Source of the DNA: Alkalibacterium sp.
GTDB lineage: Bacteria > Bacillota > Bacilli > Lactobacillales > Carnobacteriaceae_A
Assembly (NCBI GenBank): GCA_034520745.1
Contig: JAXHNF010000009.1
Span: forward strand, 15,587 to 79,586
Length of the DNA stretch: 64,000 bases
Reading direction: 5' to 3'
Shown in pieces: positions 22,687 to 33,194 of this stretch (positions within the stretch are counted from its first letter, which is position 1; each line of letters starts with the position of its first letter). A model generated the notes under the pieces. It saw nothing but the letters and a program-made list of their open reading frames with translations. It searched no databases and had not been told where the DNA came from. The translations under genes and the position numbers were made by a program.

Positions 22687-24001
22687 ATGACTATTCAAAA
22701 AAACACATGGCTTAAAGCAGGATTGACATTATCTGCAGCCGGATTATTTTTAATGACCAGCGATTCAGAAGCGAGTGCGAGCCAAAGCTGGGTACCGAGA
22801 ACGGTTCTGGAAATCGAAAAGGATATCAATCATGCAAAAGAGGCTATGAACAGCAACCAGCCACTGGAGTATACTGTCAAGTGGGGAGACACACTTTGGG
22901 GCGTATCTCAGGCGACTGAAATTTCTGTTGATAAGCTTGCGAAAGTCAATGAAATCGATAACCATAACGTCATCATTGCTGGATCTACTGTTTATATCAC
23001 CAAGGATTTGTCTGTTGTTTCTGTTCAAAATGAAGAAGAAGTCGTCAGTTATGACGTTTCTGAAGATGAAGTAAAAGAAACCGAGACACCCAAAGAAGTA
23101 GAAGAAGCTAAAGAAGATAAGCAAGAAGAAGAAGTCAGCCGCTCAGGCCGCAGCGGAGCAGAAAGCTGAAGAAGAAGCCGCCGCTCAAGCTGCAGCAGAT
23201 CAGAAAGCTGAAGAAGAAGCCGCTGCTCAAGCCGCAGCGGAGCAGAAAGCTGAAGAAGAAGCCGCCGCTCAGGCCGCAGCGGAGCAACAAGCTGAAGAAG
23301 AAGCCGCCGCTCAGGCCGCAGCGGAGCAACAAGCTGAAGAAGAAGCAGCTGCCCAAGCCGCAGCGGATCAGAAAGCTGAAGAAGAAGCCGCCGCTCAAGC
23401 CGCAGCGGAGCAACAAGCTGAAGAAGAAGCCGCCGCTCAAGCCGTAGCCGAGCAGCAAGCTGAAGAAGAAGCAGCTGCTCAAGCCGCAGCGGAGCAACAA
23501 GCTGAAGAAGAAGCAGCAGCCCAGGCCGCAGCGGATCAGAAAGCTGAAGAAGAAGCAGCCGTTCAAGCCGCAGCGGATCAGAAAGCTGAAGAAGAAGCAG
23601 CAGCCCAAGCCGCAGCGGATCAGAAAGCTGAAGAAGAAGCAGCTGCCCAGGCCGCAGAAACTAAAACCGCAACATCTTCAAATACAGCAACCCAATCAGC
23701 TTCACAAGAAGAGTCCGGACAGTGGATGTCAGTTGAAGCAACAGCCTATTCTAGAAATCAGCCAGTTTTGAGTAATTTCACATACACTGGAATCGATCTT
23801 AGAAAAAACTCCCGCGTCATTGCAGTTGACCCGAATGTTATCCCATTAGGATCAAGAGTGTTTATACCTGGATATGGTGAATATCTCGCAGGTGATACTG
23901 GCGGAGCAATCAAAGGCAGCCGTATCGATCTTCACATGGAAACTGTAGAAGCCGCATTGCAATTCGGACGTCGTCAACTCGATATCAAAATTTTAGATTA
24001 A
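22687..24001 (+). CDS. Secreted LysM + 3D-domain cell-wall enzyme (YocH/Sps-like) with Glu/Ala repeat stalk; +1 indel near 23135
   Basis: Signal peptide; YTVKWGDTLW LysM; after a one-base correction the repeat reads in frame into ATAYS...IAVDP...DTGGAIKGSRIDL. Confidence 0.88.
23125..23657 (+). repeat. 42-bp coding tandem repeat, about 12.5 copies (EEEAAAQAAA[E/D]Q[K/Q]A)
   Basis: GAAGAAGAAGCCGCCGCTCAAGCCGCAGCGGAGCAGAAAGCT-type units read directly. Confidence 0.95.
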
Positions 24002-24015
24002 TAATAAAAAATCCG

Positions 24016-24050
24016 GAAAAGTCACAGGGTATATACCTTGTGACTTTTTT
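24016..24050 (+). terminator. Terminator after the LysM-3D gene
   Basis: AAAAGTCACAGGG...CCTTGTGACTTTTTT. Confidence 0.8.
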
Positions 24051-24396
24051 CAGTCTTTTTATAATCAATTGTAACAGTTTTCACAGCATAGACATAATAG
24101 TGACAGAATTGTAAAAGCGTTATCTTTCAAATAAAAATCCGTTCATGGTAGGGTAAGTATAGATAAAAGATACCCTCTTCTTTTGATCTTTACAATGACA
24201 TTTAGTCCTGTTTTGGTTAAAAGTGTTATATTGCCCAGTGGAGGCAGAGGGAACATGCTGGAAGAGATTCATGAAATGTGAACGCATATTTCGAATTGTA
24301 AGACGAGGGTGGTATTGACGACGCAATCGATAAAAATACCGATGACGACGTAGACGAATGATAACTATAATCAAACTATTAATAAGGGAGGCTGTT

Positions 24397-24570
24397 ATGA
24401 TGAAAAAATCAATTAAACTACTGGCATTGGCAATGACCGGCGGCATGCTCTTAATCGGTTGCGGAGACGTTGAGGAGATTGACAACGATCTGCCGGATGT
24501 CGAGGAAACAGAAGATGATTTGATGAATGATGATTTATTAGATGAAGAAATGGACGAAGATGTAGAATAA
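24397..24570 (+). CDS. Small acidic lipoprotein, copy 1 (57 aa)
   Basis: GGGAGG RBS; MMKKSIKLLALAMTGGMLLIG-C lipobox; mature part rich in Asp/Glu. Confidence 0.75.
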   Translation: MMKKSIKLLALAMTGGMLLIGCGDVEEIDNDLPDVEETEDDLMNDDLLDEEMDEDVE

Positions 24571-24604
24571 CTTTAAATTTAAAAATCAAAAAGGGGAGAT
24601 CAAG

Positions 24605-24772
24605 ATGAAAAAATTAACTAAACTATTGGCCTTGATGATGACGGGCGGCATGCTCTTAGTCGGCTGTGGGGACGTTGAAGATGTCGATGAGAACGACCTG
24701 CCTGAAGTCGAAGATCCATTTGAAGAAGATTTAGAAGAAGATCTTGAATTAGATGAGGAAACCGATGAATAA
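24605..24772 (+). CDS. Small acidic lipoprotein, copy 2 (55 aa, not in the ORF track)
   Basis: GGGGAG RBS; my translation MKKLTKLLALMMTGGMLLVGCGDVEDVDENDLPEVEDPFEEDLEEDLELDEETDE; clear paralogue of copy 1. Confidence 0.75.
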   Translation: MKKLTKLLALMMTGGMLLVGCGDVEDVDENDLPEVEDPFEEDLEEDLELDEETDE

Positions 24773-24825
24773 GCACAGTAATATCAGTCAATTAAAAAGA
24801 ACTAAAATAGAATCGATGTAAACAG

Positions 24826-24862
24826 AAAGAAGCACACCCTTTTTATGGGATGTGCTTCTTTT
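24826..24862. terminator. Bidirectional terminator between the lipoprotein pair and the racemase
   Basis: AAAGAAGCACA-CCC...GGG-ATGTGCTTCTTTT. Confidence 0.75.
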
Positions 24863-24868
24863 AATCTA

Positions 24869-26044
24869 TTAGTCCAAGAGCGCGTTGTGTCTGGCTTCAA
24901 TCGCTTCGCCTTTGATATACACCCGCGGAATACGTTTACCTATGCCGCATAATATTTCATAATGGAAACTGTCTGTCAATTCAGCCATTGTATAAATGCT
25001 GGGGTGATTCTCGCATGGATCACCGATGAAAACGAGTTCTGTCTCTTCGTTGAATCCGGGAATATCACTTACATCCACCATCAGCTGATCCATACAGATA
25101 CGCCCGACGATTGGTGCTTTGTGATTCTCAGTAGTGAGATGCCAGCGGTTGGACAGTTCTCTTGGAATACCATCAGCATAGCCGATCAGTATAGTTGCGA
25201 CCGTTCTTTCTTCGGGAGTGGTGTACGTTCTTCCGTAACCGATCGACTGTCCTTTTTCCACCTGCTTGATATAAGCGGCGTGAGTGGACAGTTTCATTAC
25301 CGGTTTCAGATCGATTTTATCTTCCAAAGATTTGTCAGGATGATAGCCGAATAAAGAAATGCCTGTTCGAACCATGTCCAGGTGATACTCAGGATACAAG
25401 AGAGCTGCTGCCGTATTGCTGCAGTGGACCAGGTCGAAATGAACATCCTGTTCTTTAAGGTACTCTACGATATCGATGAAGAAGTTGAACTGATATTTCG
25501 TATATGTGGGATTTTCAGTATTTTCGGCTTCAGCAAAGTGTGTAAAGATCCCTTCGAAGATGACCCAATCCGAAGCCATGATCTGGCTTAACTCAAGTGC
25601 GTGATCTTTGGAACGGACACCGATCCTTCCCATTCCGGAATCCACTTTCAAGTGGATCCTGGCTTTTTTCTGCAGTTTTTCAGCATGATATTTTACCTTT
25701 TCGGCCAATTCATTTGAAAAGACGGTAATGGATATATTGTTTTTTATGGCAACCGGTATCGTGTCAGGTTCGATAGGACTCAGTAGCTGGATCGGGCTTT
25801 TAACTCCCGCTTCCCTGAGTTCCATGGCTTCATCCAATACGGCAACTGCGAGAAAGTCGATGTCCTGATTTTCCAGGTGTTTTCCTACTTCCACCGCACC
25901 ATGTCCGTAAGCATCGGCTTTGATTACCCCCATGAATTTGGTTCCCGGGGATAAATGTTTTTTCATCTGATTATAATTATAAGTGATTTTGTCTAAGTCG
26001 ATCGTTGCGCGAGTGTAGCGGTAACTACCATAATGCACGTTCAA
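24869..26044 (-). CDS. alr: Alanine racemase family PLP enzyme
   Basis: IKADAYGHG, HLKVDSGMGRIG, GYGRTY, GYADG, GRICMDQ, YEILC. Confidence 0.88.
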   Translation of the reverse strand: MNVHYGSYRYTRATIDLDKITYNYNQMKKHLSPGTKFMGVIKADAYGHGAVEVGKHLENQDIDFLAVAVLDEAMELREAGVKSPIQLLSPIEPDTIPVAIKNNISITVFSNELAEKVKYHAEKLQKKARIHLKVDSGMGRIGVRSKDHALELSQIMASDWVIFEGIFTHFAEAENTENPTYTKYQFNFFIDIVEYLKEQDVHFDLVHCSNTAAALLYPEYHLDMVRTGISLFGYHPDKSLEDKIDLKPVMKLSTHAAYIKQVEKGQSIGYGRTYTTPEERTVATILIGYADGIPRELSNRWHLTTENHKAPIVGRICMDQLMVDVSDIPGFNEETELVFIGDPCENHPSIYTMAELTDSFHYEILCGIGKRIPRVYIKGEAIEARHNALLD

Positions 26045-26162
26045 GCACTCCTTTCAGTTACTCATTATTTTAACATGAATCCTGTGTGATATTGAAGATT
26101 CACTGTAAATTTTAAGATTCTAATCGAGGAGGTAATTTAATAATCAAGTAGTCGATTATGAA

Positions 26163-26185
26163 TGAAATGACACCTTGTCATTTCA
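26163..26185. promoter_or_regulatory. Perfect 10-3-10 inverted repeat overlapping the pepC -35 (candidate operator)
   Basis: TGAAATGACA-CCT-TGTCATTTCA; TTGTCA at 26175 and TG-A-TAAAAT at 26194-26202. Confidence 0.5.
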
Positions 26186-26231
26186 ACCTATTTTGATAAA
26201 ATAGATGTAGTGATTAAAGGGAGATGTTAAT

Positions 26232-27572
26232 ATGATGAAAATAACGAAAGAAACACTGGATACATATAAAAACAGATACGATCAGAACGCAGCGAATAAA
26301 GTTGTACAGAATGCGATTGCCAAAGTCGGGATCAATAAATCTTCTGCTGACAACAATATGACCCGTCGTCATAATTTTGTTTTCTCTCATGAAACAGAAA
26401 AGGGAGAGATAACGAATCAGAAATCAAGCGGACGCTGCTGGATGTTTGCGGCACTGAATACGGCCCGTGTCGATACGATGAAGAAACTGAACGTGAAGAC
26501 TTTTGAGTTTTCTCAAAATTATACCCTGTTTTGGGACAAGCTCGAGAAATCTAATTATTTTCTGGACAGTATGATCGAAACCGCGGATGAACCGCTAAAC
26601 TCAAGGCTAGTCCAGCATCTGCTGACGGATCCTGTACAGGACGGAGGACAGTGGGACATGTTTTCAGGCATTCTAGAAAAATACGGAGCAGTCCCCAAAT
26701 CCGCCATGCCCGAAACGTATCACTCTTCCAACACGAGAGAGCTTAATCAGCTGCTTACAGCAAAACTGAGAGACTTTGCCGCAAAACTGAGAGTGAGCTA
26801 TACAAATGGTAAAACGAAAGAAGAGCTTGTTGAACAGAAAGACGGGTACCTGTACTTTGTTTATTCACTGCTGGTCAAGACGTTAGGAGAAGTGCCGGAA
26901 ACATTCACTTATGAATACCGGGACAAAGATGAATCCTTCCACCGCATCAGCGATATCACTCCACAGGATTTCTTTGAAAAATATGTGGAATGGGATCTGG
27001 AAGAGCGCATCAGTCTGATCAATGCCCCGACAGAAGATAAGCCTTTTGGCAAAGCCTATACGGTTAAATATCTGGGAACAATCAAAGAAGCCAAGCCGAT
27101 AAATTATGTCAACGCGCCTATAGAAGCATTAAAAGAAGCTGCTGTGAAATCGATCAAAGACGGCGAACCCGTATGGTTTGGCTGTGATGTAGGCAAGATG
27201 CTGGACCGCGAGGCCGGTATCATGGATGACAGAGCGTATGACTATGAAGCAACGTTAGGCGAGCCTGTTGAACTGACAAAGGCTCAGCGGCTGGATTATG
27301 GAGAAAGTCTGCTGACTCATGCGATGGTGTTTGTCGGTGTCGACCTGGATGATGAAGGAAATCCGATCAAATGGAAAGTTGAAAACAGCTGGGGAGATAA
27401 AAATGGTGATAAAGGCTTGTATTCAATGACCGACAAGTGGTTTGAAGAATATAATTATCAGGTGGCCGTTAAACGTAAATATATCGATGAAAAATGGCTT
27501 AAAGCGCTGGAAGAACCTGTGGTGGAACTGGAACCGTGGGATCCAATGGGGGCTTTGGCTAGGGTCAAGTAA
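26232..27572 (+). CDS. pepC: Aminopeptidase C (bleomycin hydrolase family cysteine peptidase)
   Basis: NQKSSGRCWMFA, DGGQWDM, THAM, WKVENSWG, PWDPMGALA. Confidence 0.95.
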   Translation: MMKITKETLDTYKNRYDQNAANKVVQNAIAKVGINKSSADNNMTRRHNFVFSHETEKGEITNQKSSGRCWMFAALNTARVDTMKKLNVKTFEFSQNYTLFWDKLEKSNYFLDSMIETADEPLNSRLVQHLLTDPVQDGGQWDMFSGILEKYGAVPKSAMPETYHSSNTRELNQLLTAKLRDFAAKLRVSYTNGKTKEELVEQKDGYLYFVYSLLVKTLGEVPETFTYEYRDKDESFHRISDITPQDFFEKYVEWDLEERISLINAPTEDKPFGKAYTVKYLGTIKEAKPINYVNAPIEALKEAAVKSIKDGEPVWFGCDVGKMLDREAGIMDDRAYDYEATLGEPVELTKAQRLDYGESLLTHAMVFVGVDLDDEGNPIKWKVENSWGDKNGDKGLYSMTDKWFEEYNYQVAVKRKYIDEKWLKALEEPVVELEPWDPMGALARVK

Positions 27573-27694
27573 ACATCGAATTTAATTGGCATTACTCGGA
27601 CCTGAATAAATCTGAGCATGCCGAACGAACAGAAGGTAAATATAAATAAAAGGGAAGAGGCTGGGGCTAATTAGTCCTAGTCTCTTCCCTGTTT

Positions 27695-27970
27695 TTATTG
27701 CATCATTCTTAGAGCCAGGAGAATGGACGAGCTCAGGGTACCGCCGATAAGAAAGTACATGATCATCTGAATGAGGGTAAACCACCTGGTGTTTTCTGAT
27801 GAATTCTCTTCATCAGCTAATTTTGCTGAATAGATGAAATAACCGATACCTACGCCTATCCCTAGTATTGGCAGCATGCTCTGCATGTTGTATGGGCGAA
27901 TGTACCCAAAAAAAAGCCCGGTGATAAATCCGATGAGCTGAAGTATTCTTCGTTTCTTTTTCTGAGACAT
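27695..27970 (-). CDS. Small hypothetical membrane protein (3 TM)
   Basis: GGAGGGG RBS then ATG; three hydrophobic segments. Confidence 0.6.
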   Translation of the reverse strand: MSQKKKRRILQLIGFITGLFFGYIRPYNMQSMLPILGIGVGIGYFIYSAKLADEENSSENTRWFTLIQMIMYFLIGGTLSSSILLALRMMQ

Positions 27971-27995
27971 GATTGAACCCCTCCGATATAAAAAA

Positions 27996-28023
27996 GACAT
28001 GTTCTCAATATTGAGAACATGTC
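27996..28023 (-). terminator. Terminator after the abgT-like gene (perfect 28-bp palindrome)
   Basis: GACATGTTCTCAATATTGAGAACATGTC followed by T6 on minus strand. Confidence 0.7.
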
Positions 28024-28040
28024 ATCTTCAATTTAATTTA

Positions 28041-29574
28041 TTATACTATGATTTGTGCGCCAGGACCTAATGGTAAGCCTATGACGTACCAGATGATCAA
28101 GAGTAATGTCCAGGTGATCAGGAATGCAATACTGTATGAAAGCATTGTTGAAATGATCGTACCCAGTCCGCTCTTTTCATCGTAACGTTTAGCAAATACA
28201 AGGATCATTGCGAAATAACTCATCAGTGGTGAAATGATGTTTGTTGATGAGTCAGCGATACGGTAAGCCATCAATGTCATTTCAGGTGCAATGTTTACTT
28301 CGTACAGCATTGGAGCAAAGACTGGAGCCATGATAGCCCATTTTGCTGAAGCTGACCCGATAAACAAGTTAATGAACGCCGTAACGATAATGAAGGCTAA
28401 GATAAGTGGAAGACCAACAAATCCGATTGCTTCAAGGAATTCTGCTCCGCTTACAGCCAGGATCAATCCCAGGTTAGTGTAAGAGAAGTAATTGATGAAC
28501 TGAGCAGCAAAGAAAGCAAGGACCAGGTAGCCACCCATTGAACTCATGGACTCAGACATACCTTTAACCAAGTCATGTGAGGTCTGGATCTTGCCTGTTG
28601 TTTTACCGTAGAAGTAACCTGGTACGGCAAACAGCAGCAAGATCATGAAGAGCAGACCGTTTCTCAAGAAGTTGTCTAGTGTCATAACACCTTCATCGTT
28701 GAGCGCTCTTAACGCACCGTTTTCCGGAACCATCAGGAAGGCCATTATACCTAAGAAAACAAGTAAAGCGATCAGTGCATTACGCATCCCTTTGTTTTCC
28801 AGATCTGTAATGGGTTCATCATTCGGCTTGTAGCTTCCGTCATATTCACCCAGTCTCGGTTCGACGATTTTTTCGGTCACGATGGCCCCCACAGCTGTAA
28901 GTATAAATGTAGAGACGATCATGAAGTACCAGTTAGCTGTAACAGCTACGTCATAGTTGATACCGCCTGAAGTCAGAGCTTCATTTGTAATACCAACGAG
29001 TAGTGCATCTGTTGGACCGAAAATCAGGTTAGCTGAGAATCCGGCAGATACCCCGGCGAAGGCCGCAGCCAGACCGGCAATCGGATGACGTCCGGCACCT
29101 GCAAAGATAATAGCTCCTAATGGAATAACAACAACGTAACCGGCATCGGATGCGATATTAGAAATAATACCGGCAAAGACCACAGAAGCAGTCAGCAGTC
29201 CGGTTGGAACGTTTCTGCAGAAGTTTTTTAAGGGCGCTTGAGATCAGACCTGACCATTCAGCGACACCTACACCGAGCATAGCAACAAGTACTGTTCCTA
29301 AAGGTGCGAAGCCTGTGAAGTTACCGACCGCACTGTTGAAAATATGGGCAAGGCCATCACCTGACATCAATGAAACGGCTTCGACTGTTACGAAGTCTCC
29401 TTCGCTTGCGTTGAAATATTCTACTGGCGCTCCAAAACGGGCGGCAAGTTCGGATACCACGATGATAGCGAGAGCTAGTATAATGAATATAATAACTGGA
29501 TGAGGTAAAGCATTACCTACACGCTCGATAAAACCGAGAAATCCTTTGTTTGAATTCTTTTCAGAATCACTCAT
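28041..29574 (-). CDS. AbgT family transporter, indel near 29210
   Basis: IERVGNALPHP, NFTGFAPLG, GRHPIAG, GSASAKW, YRIADSSTNIISP. Confidence 0.9.
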
Positions 29575-29899
29575 TTTATTTCCTCCTTATATTTTAAATG
29601 AAATTAAGTTCTAATCTTACAAATCATATTAATGAGGGAATCATAAGTAAGATTAAAATTTAGCTCCACTTCTTATTGTACTATAAATTCTATTCTAATA
29701 CAAAACACATGATATTATCAATAGAATATAACTAATTATTATTGAAAAGTGTAAAAAAATATGGTTCTGTAACATTTCTCCTGACCAATACGTCCTTTTG
29801 GAAGCTATAAGTGTAAAAAAAAAACGAAGTATAATTAAAATTGTAAATATGGCCGATTCCTTTTATAATTTAGTCAGACAAATCAAAGGAGAAATGAAT

Positions 29900-30644
29900 G
29901 TGAACAATTCCTATAAACAAAAGCTGAAGATTTCCTACTATATGTGTGACCGTACCCAGGATCTGACGCTGTCCATGCTGGTCAACTTGCTGCTGGATGT
30001 CTCAGAAAACCACTCGGCTCAGTTGGGTAGAGAAGAAGCGGTCATCAGAGAAATGGGATTCAGCTGGATCATACTGAGGTATGAGTTCAACGTGAACCGG
30101 ATGCCCGAGGTATAAAGAAAATGTTGAGATTGAAACTTTTGCAACAGAGTACAACAAGCTGTTTACATATCGCGAGTTTATTGTTCGAGACAGTGAAGAG
30201 AATGAACTGGTAAAAGTCAGGACGACATTTGCACTGATGAAGAATGATGACCGAAAGATGGCCAGGATCCCTGACAAGGTCGTAGAACCTTACAAGGCTG
30301 TCTTCGCCAGGAGGATACGTCGAGATCTGAAGCCGAACGCTCCAGATCCATCAGCAACTGCTGAAAAAGACTATATCGTACGCTATTTTGATATCGACGG
30401 AAACCAGCACGTCAATAATTCCCGGTATATCGAATGGCTTCTCGATAGTCTGAACCCTTCTTTTTTATCGTCACATCAGCTGCATCATGGGATCATCACC
30501 TTTGACAAAGAAGTGAAGGAAGGCGATGAAGTGAGGAGCAAGGTTTCTGACCGAGTAGATGACGGAGACATTTACACAGATCACCAGATTCTCGTCGGTG
30601 AAACGGTCCATGCTTCAGCCAGCTTTAAATGGAAAACGAATTAG
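29900..30644 (+). CDS. Acyl-ACP thioesterase, indel near 30110
   Basis: YYMCD, WIILRY, VRYFDIDGNQHVNNSRY. Confidence 0.85.
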
Positions 30645-30659
30645 GAGGGGGCTACAGAT

Positions 30660-31660
30660 ATGGTTACGATCAAGGATATCGCCAAAGAGGCGGGCGTAGC
30701 AAAAAGCACGGTCTCGAGGTATTTGAATAATGGTTCGGTCAGCCCCAAGACAAGGGAAAAGATAGAGGCCATCGTGAAGAAGAAGGGATATAAGCCGAAT
30801 ACGTTTGCCCGAAGCCTGAAAGCGCAGAAGACGAATATGATCGAGTAGTGATTATCCCACGGCTTGATTCTCCTTCCACAAACGAAGTCCTTTCCGGCAT
30901 TGATTCCAAAGCTCACGAAAAAGGATACCAGCTGATCATCACGAATGCCAACCAGGAAACGGAAAGAGAAATCGAAGACATTTATACCCTGGCCAAGCAG
31001 AAAGTGGACGGGATCATTTTTGGCAAAGGAAATAACCGCAGGCACGACAGGCGATGCTGTAGGAGAAATTGGTTATTTCCGTTTCTTGGTTTTAGGACAG
31101 AAGACGCAGGATATACCATCGATCATTCATGATGACTATGGTGCAGGAGAAAAAATCGCCACGGCATGCCTTGGAACTGGGGCATGAAAAATATTCTCTA
31201 TTTCAATGTTTCAGCAGAAGACAAGGCAGTCGGACGAGAGTCGTTTTAAAGGCTTTATCAATGAAGCATCTAAAAATAAAGCTGTGAAAGTGAAAGAAAT
31301 CGAAACGTCATTCACAATGCGGTGAAGCCTATGATACGGCAATGATGGAACTGGAAGAGTCTGGAAGCAACCTTTATCGTAGGAGCCACGGATACCATCG
31401 CTCTGGCAATCATGAAAGCAGCCCATGATCTCGATCTTAAGATATCCAGGTGATCTGTCGATAGCGGGGTATGGTGGATATGATCTGCTTTCCTTTATGT
31501 CACCGGCTTTGACTACGATCAAGTATCCGTATTTCGCTATTGGCGATCTGGCCATAGAGACCATTGAGAAAATGATTGCAGAAAACAGGAGACACCTCGG
31601 CATCAGAAATTATCCAATATAGTACTGGTCATTAAAGAAGACGACAAAGAAGTTAATATA
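30660..31660 (+). CDS. scrR: LacI family sucrose operon repressor (many indels; end approximate)
   Basis: TIKDIAKEAGVAKSTVSRYLN HTH, IIPRLDS, SPALTTI; adjacent to sucrose PTS and hydrolase. Confidence 0.7.
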
Positions 31661-31665
31661 AATGC

Positions 31666-31710
31666 TTTACAAGGAAAGCGTATTCATTTATACTGTAATA
31701 GAACCGGTTC
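31666..31710 (+). promoter_or_regulatory. scrA promoter with cre-like site in the spacer and LacI-type operator near +1
   Basis: TTTACA-17-TATACT; AGGAAAGCGTATTCA between the boxes; palindrome GAACCGGTTC at 31701-31710. Confidence 0.65.
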
Positions 31711-31750
31711 CACAAATGCTAGTGGACCAAAAAAATGGAGGGATAATAAA

Positions 31751-33180
31751 ATGGCAAATAACAAGGAAATCGCTCAACAGGTAATCGATGCAATCGGCGG
31801 TAAAGAGAATGTCGACTCGGTCGCGCACTGTGCAACGCGGCTGCGCATCATGGTGAACGACAAAGAACAGGTCAATGAAGCAGAGATAGAAAACATCGAA
31901 AAAGTGAAAGGGGTTTTTAACTCCGGTCAGTATCAGATCATTTTGGGTACGGGCACAGTCAACAAGATCTATGCAAAGAATAACCGGTCTGGGGTTTCAG
32001 CAACGACCAAAGGAGAAATGAAAGAAGAATCAAAACAGCAGGGGAATGCCTTTCAACGGGCCATCCGTACCTTCGGCGATGTCTTCGTTCCGATCATTCC
32101 CGTCCTTGTAGCGACGGGACTCTTTATGGGGCTGCGGGGCTTATTCACATCAGGAACAGGTTCTGGCCGTAGTTTGGTCTGGTTCCTGGAAGACATCAGC
32201 GCTGAACTTTCTGTTGTATACCCAAGTGCTGACAGATACAGCGTTTGCCTTCCTTCCCGCGCTCGTCGCGTGGTCAGCCTTCCAGAGTGTTCGGCGGCTC
32301 GCGGGTCATCGGTATCGTTTTCAGGTCTGATGCTGGTCAATCCAGCCCTGCCCAATGCTTATGCCGTAGCGGGCGGAGACGCTTCACCCGATTTATATGC
32401 TTGGTTTCATCCCTGTCGATTAGGTTATCAGGGAACTGTCCTGCCTGCATTCATTGCCGGTTATGTCGGGGTCGAAAGTTGAAAAATGGTTCAGGAAGTC
32501 GTACCTGAAACCCTGGACTTACTTGGTTTCACCATTCGGAACGCTGCTGGTCATGAGTGTTACTGGCACTCTTTGTGATCGGCCCTGTCTTCCACTCGCT
32601 GGAAGAAGTCATCCTGGACCTTGTCGTCTTGGCTGCTGGGTCTGCCGTTTGGTCTGGCCGGGTATACTGATCGGCGGATCGCGCCAGATGCTTGTCATTA
32701 CCGGTGTGCATCATATTTTCAACTTCCTTGAAGATCCAGCTGCTGGCAAACACGGATGTCAATCCTTTCAACGGCATCATTACTACAGGTATTGCCGCGC
32801 AGGGTGGAGCGACACTCGCTGTGGCAATGAAGACTGAATGCAAGAAACTGAAAGCTCTGGCATACCCGTCTACACTGTCAGCTTTTCTGGGATATAACAG
32901 AACCGGCGATTTTTGGTGTCAATCTCCGTTACATCAAACCTTTTGTATTCGGCTTGGTCGGAGGGGCAGCAGGTGGTTTCATGGGTGATATTCTGAGCCT
33001 GGAAGCATCCGGAATGGCCGTGACCGTTATCCCGGGCACGCTGTCTTTATCTGGACGGACAGATAGGACTGGTATATCCTGTCTAATGTCGTTGCTATCG
33101 GTGTGGCTTTTGCCCTCACTTATATGTTCGGATACTCGGATAAAATCGAAGAAGACATTGAAGGATCGAAAGCTTAATTA
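31751..33180 (+). CDS. scrA: PTS sucrose-specific EIIBC (many indels)
   Basis: HCATRLR EIIB site, RTFGDVFVPIIP, LVNPALPNAY, GYQGTVLP, ITGVHH across frames. Confidence 0.8.
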
Positions 33181-33194
33181 CTAGGAGGAATAAC

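Noticed and set aside
23135-23608. Cys/Phe-rich repetitive ORF on the minus strand
   Set aside because: Antisense shadow of the Glu/Ala coding repeat.
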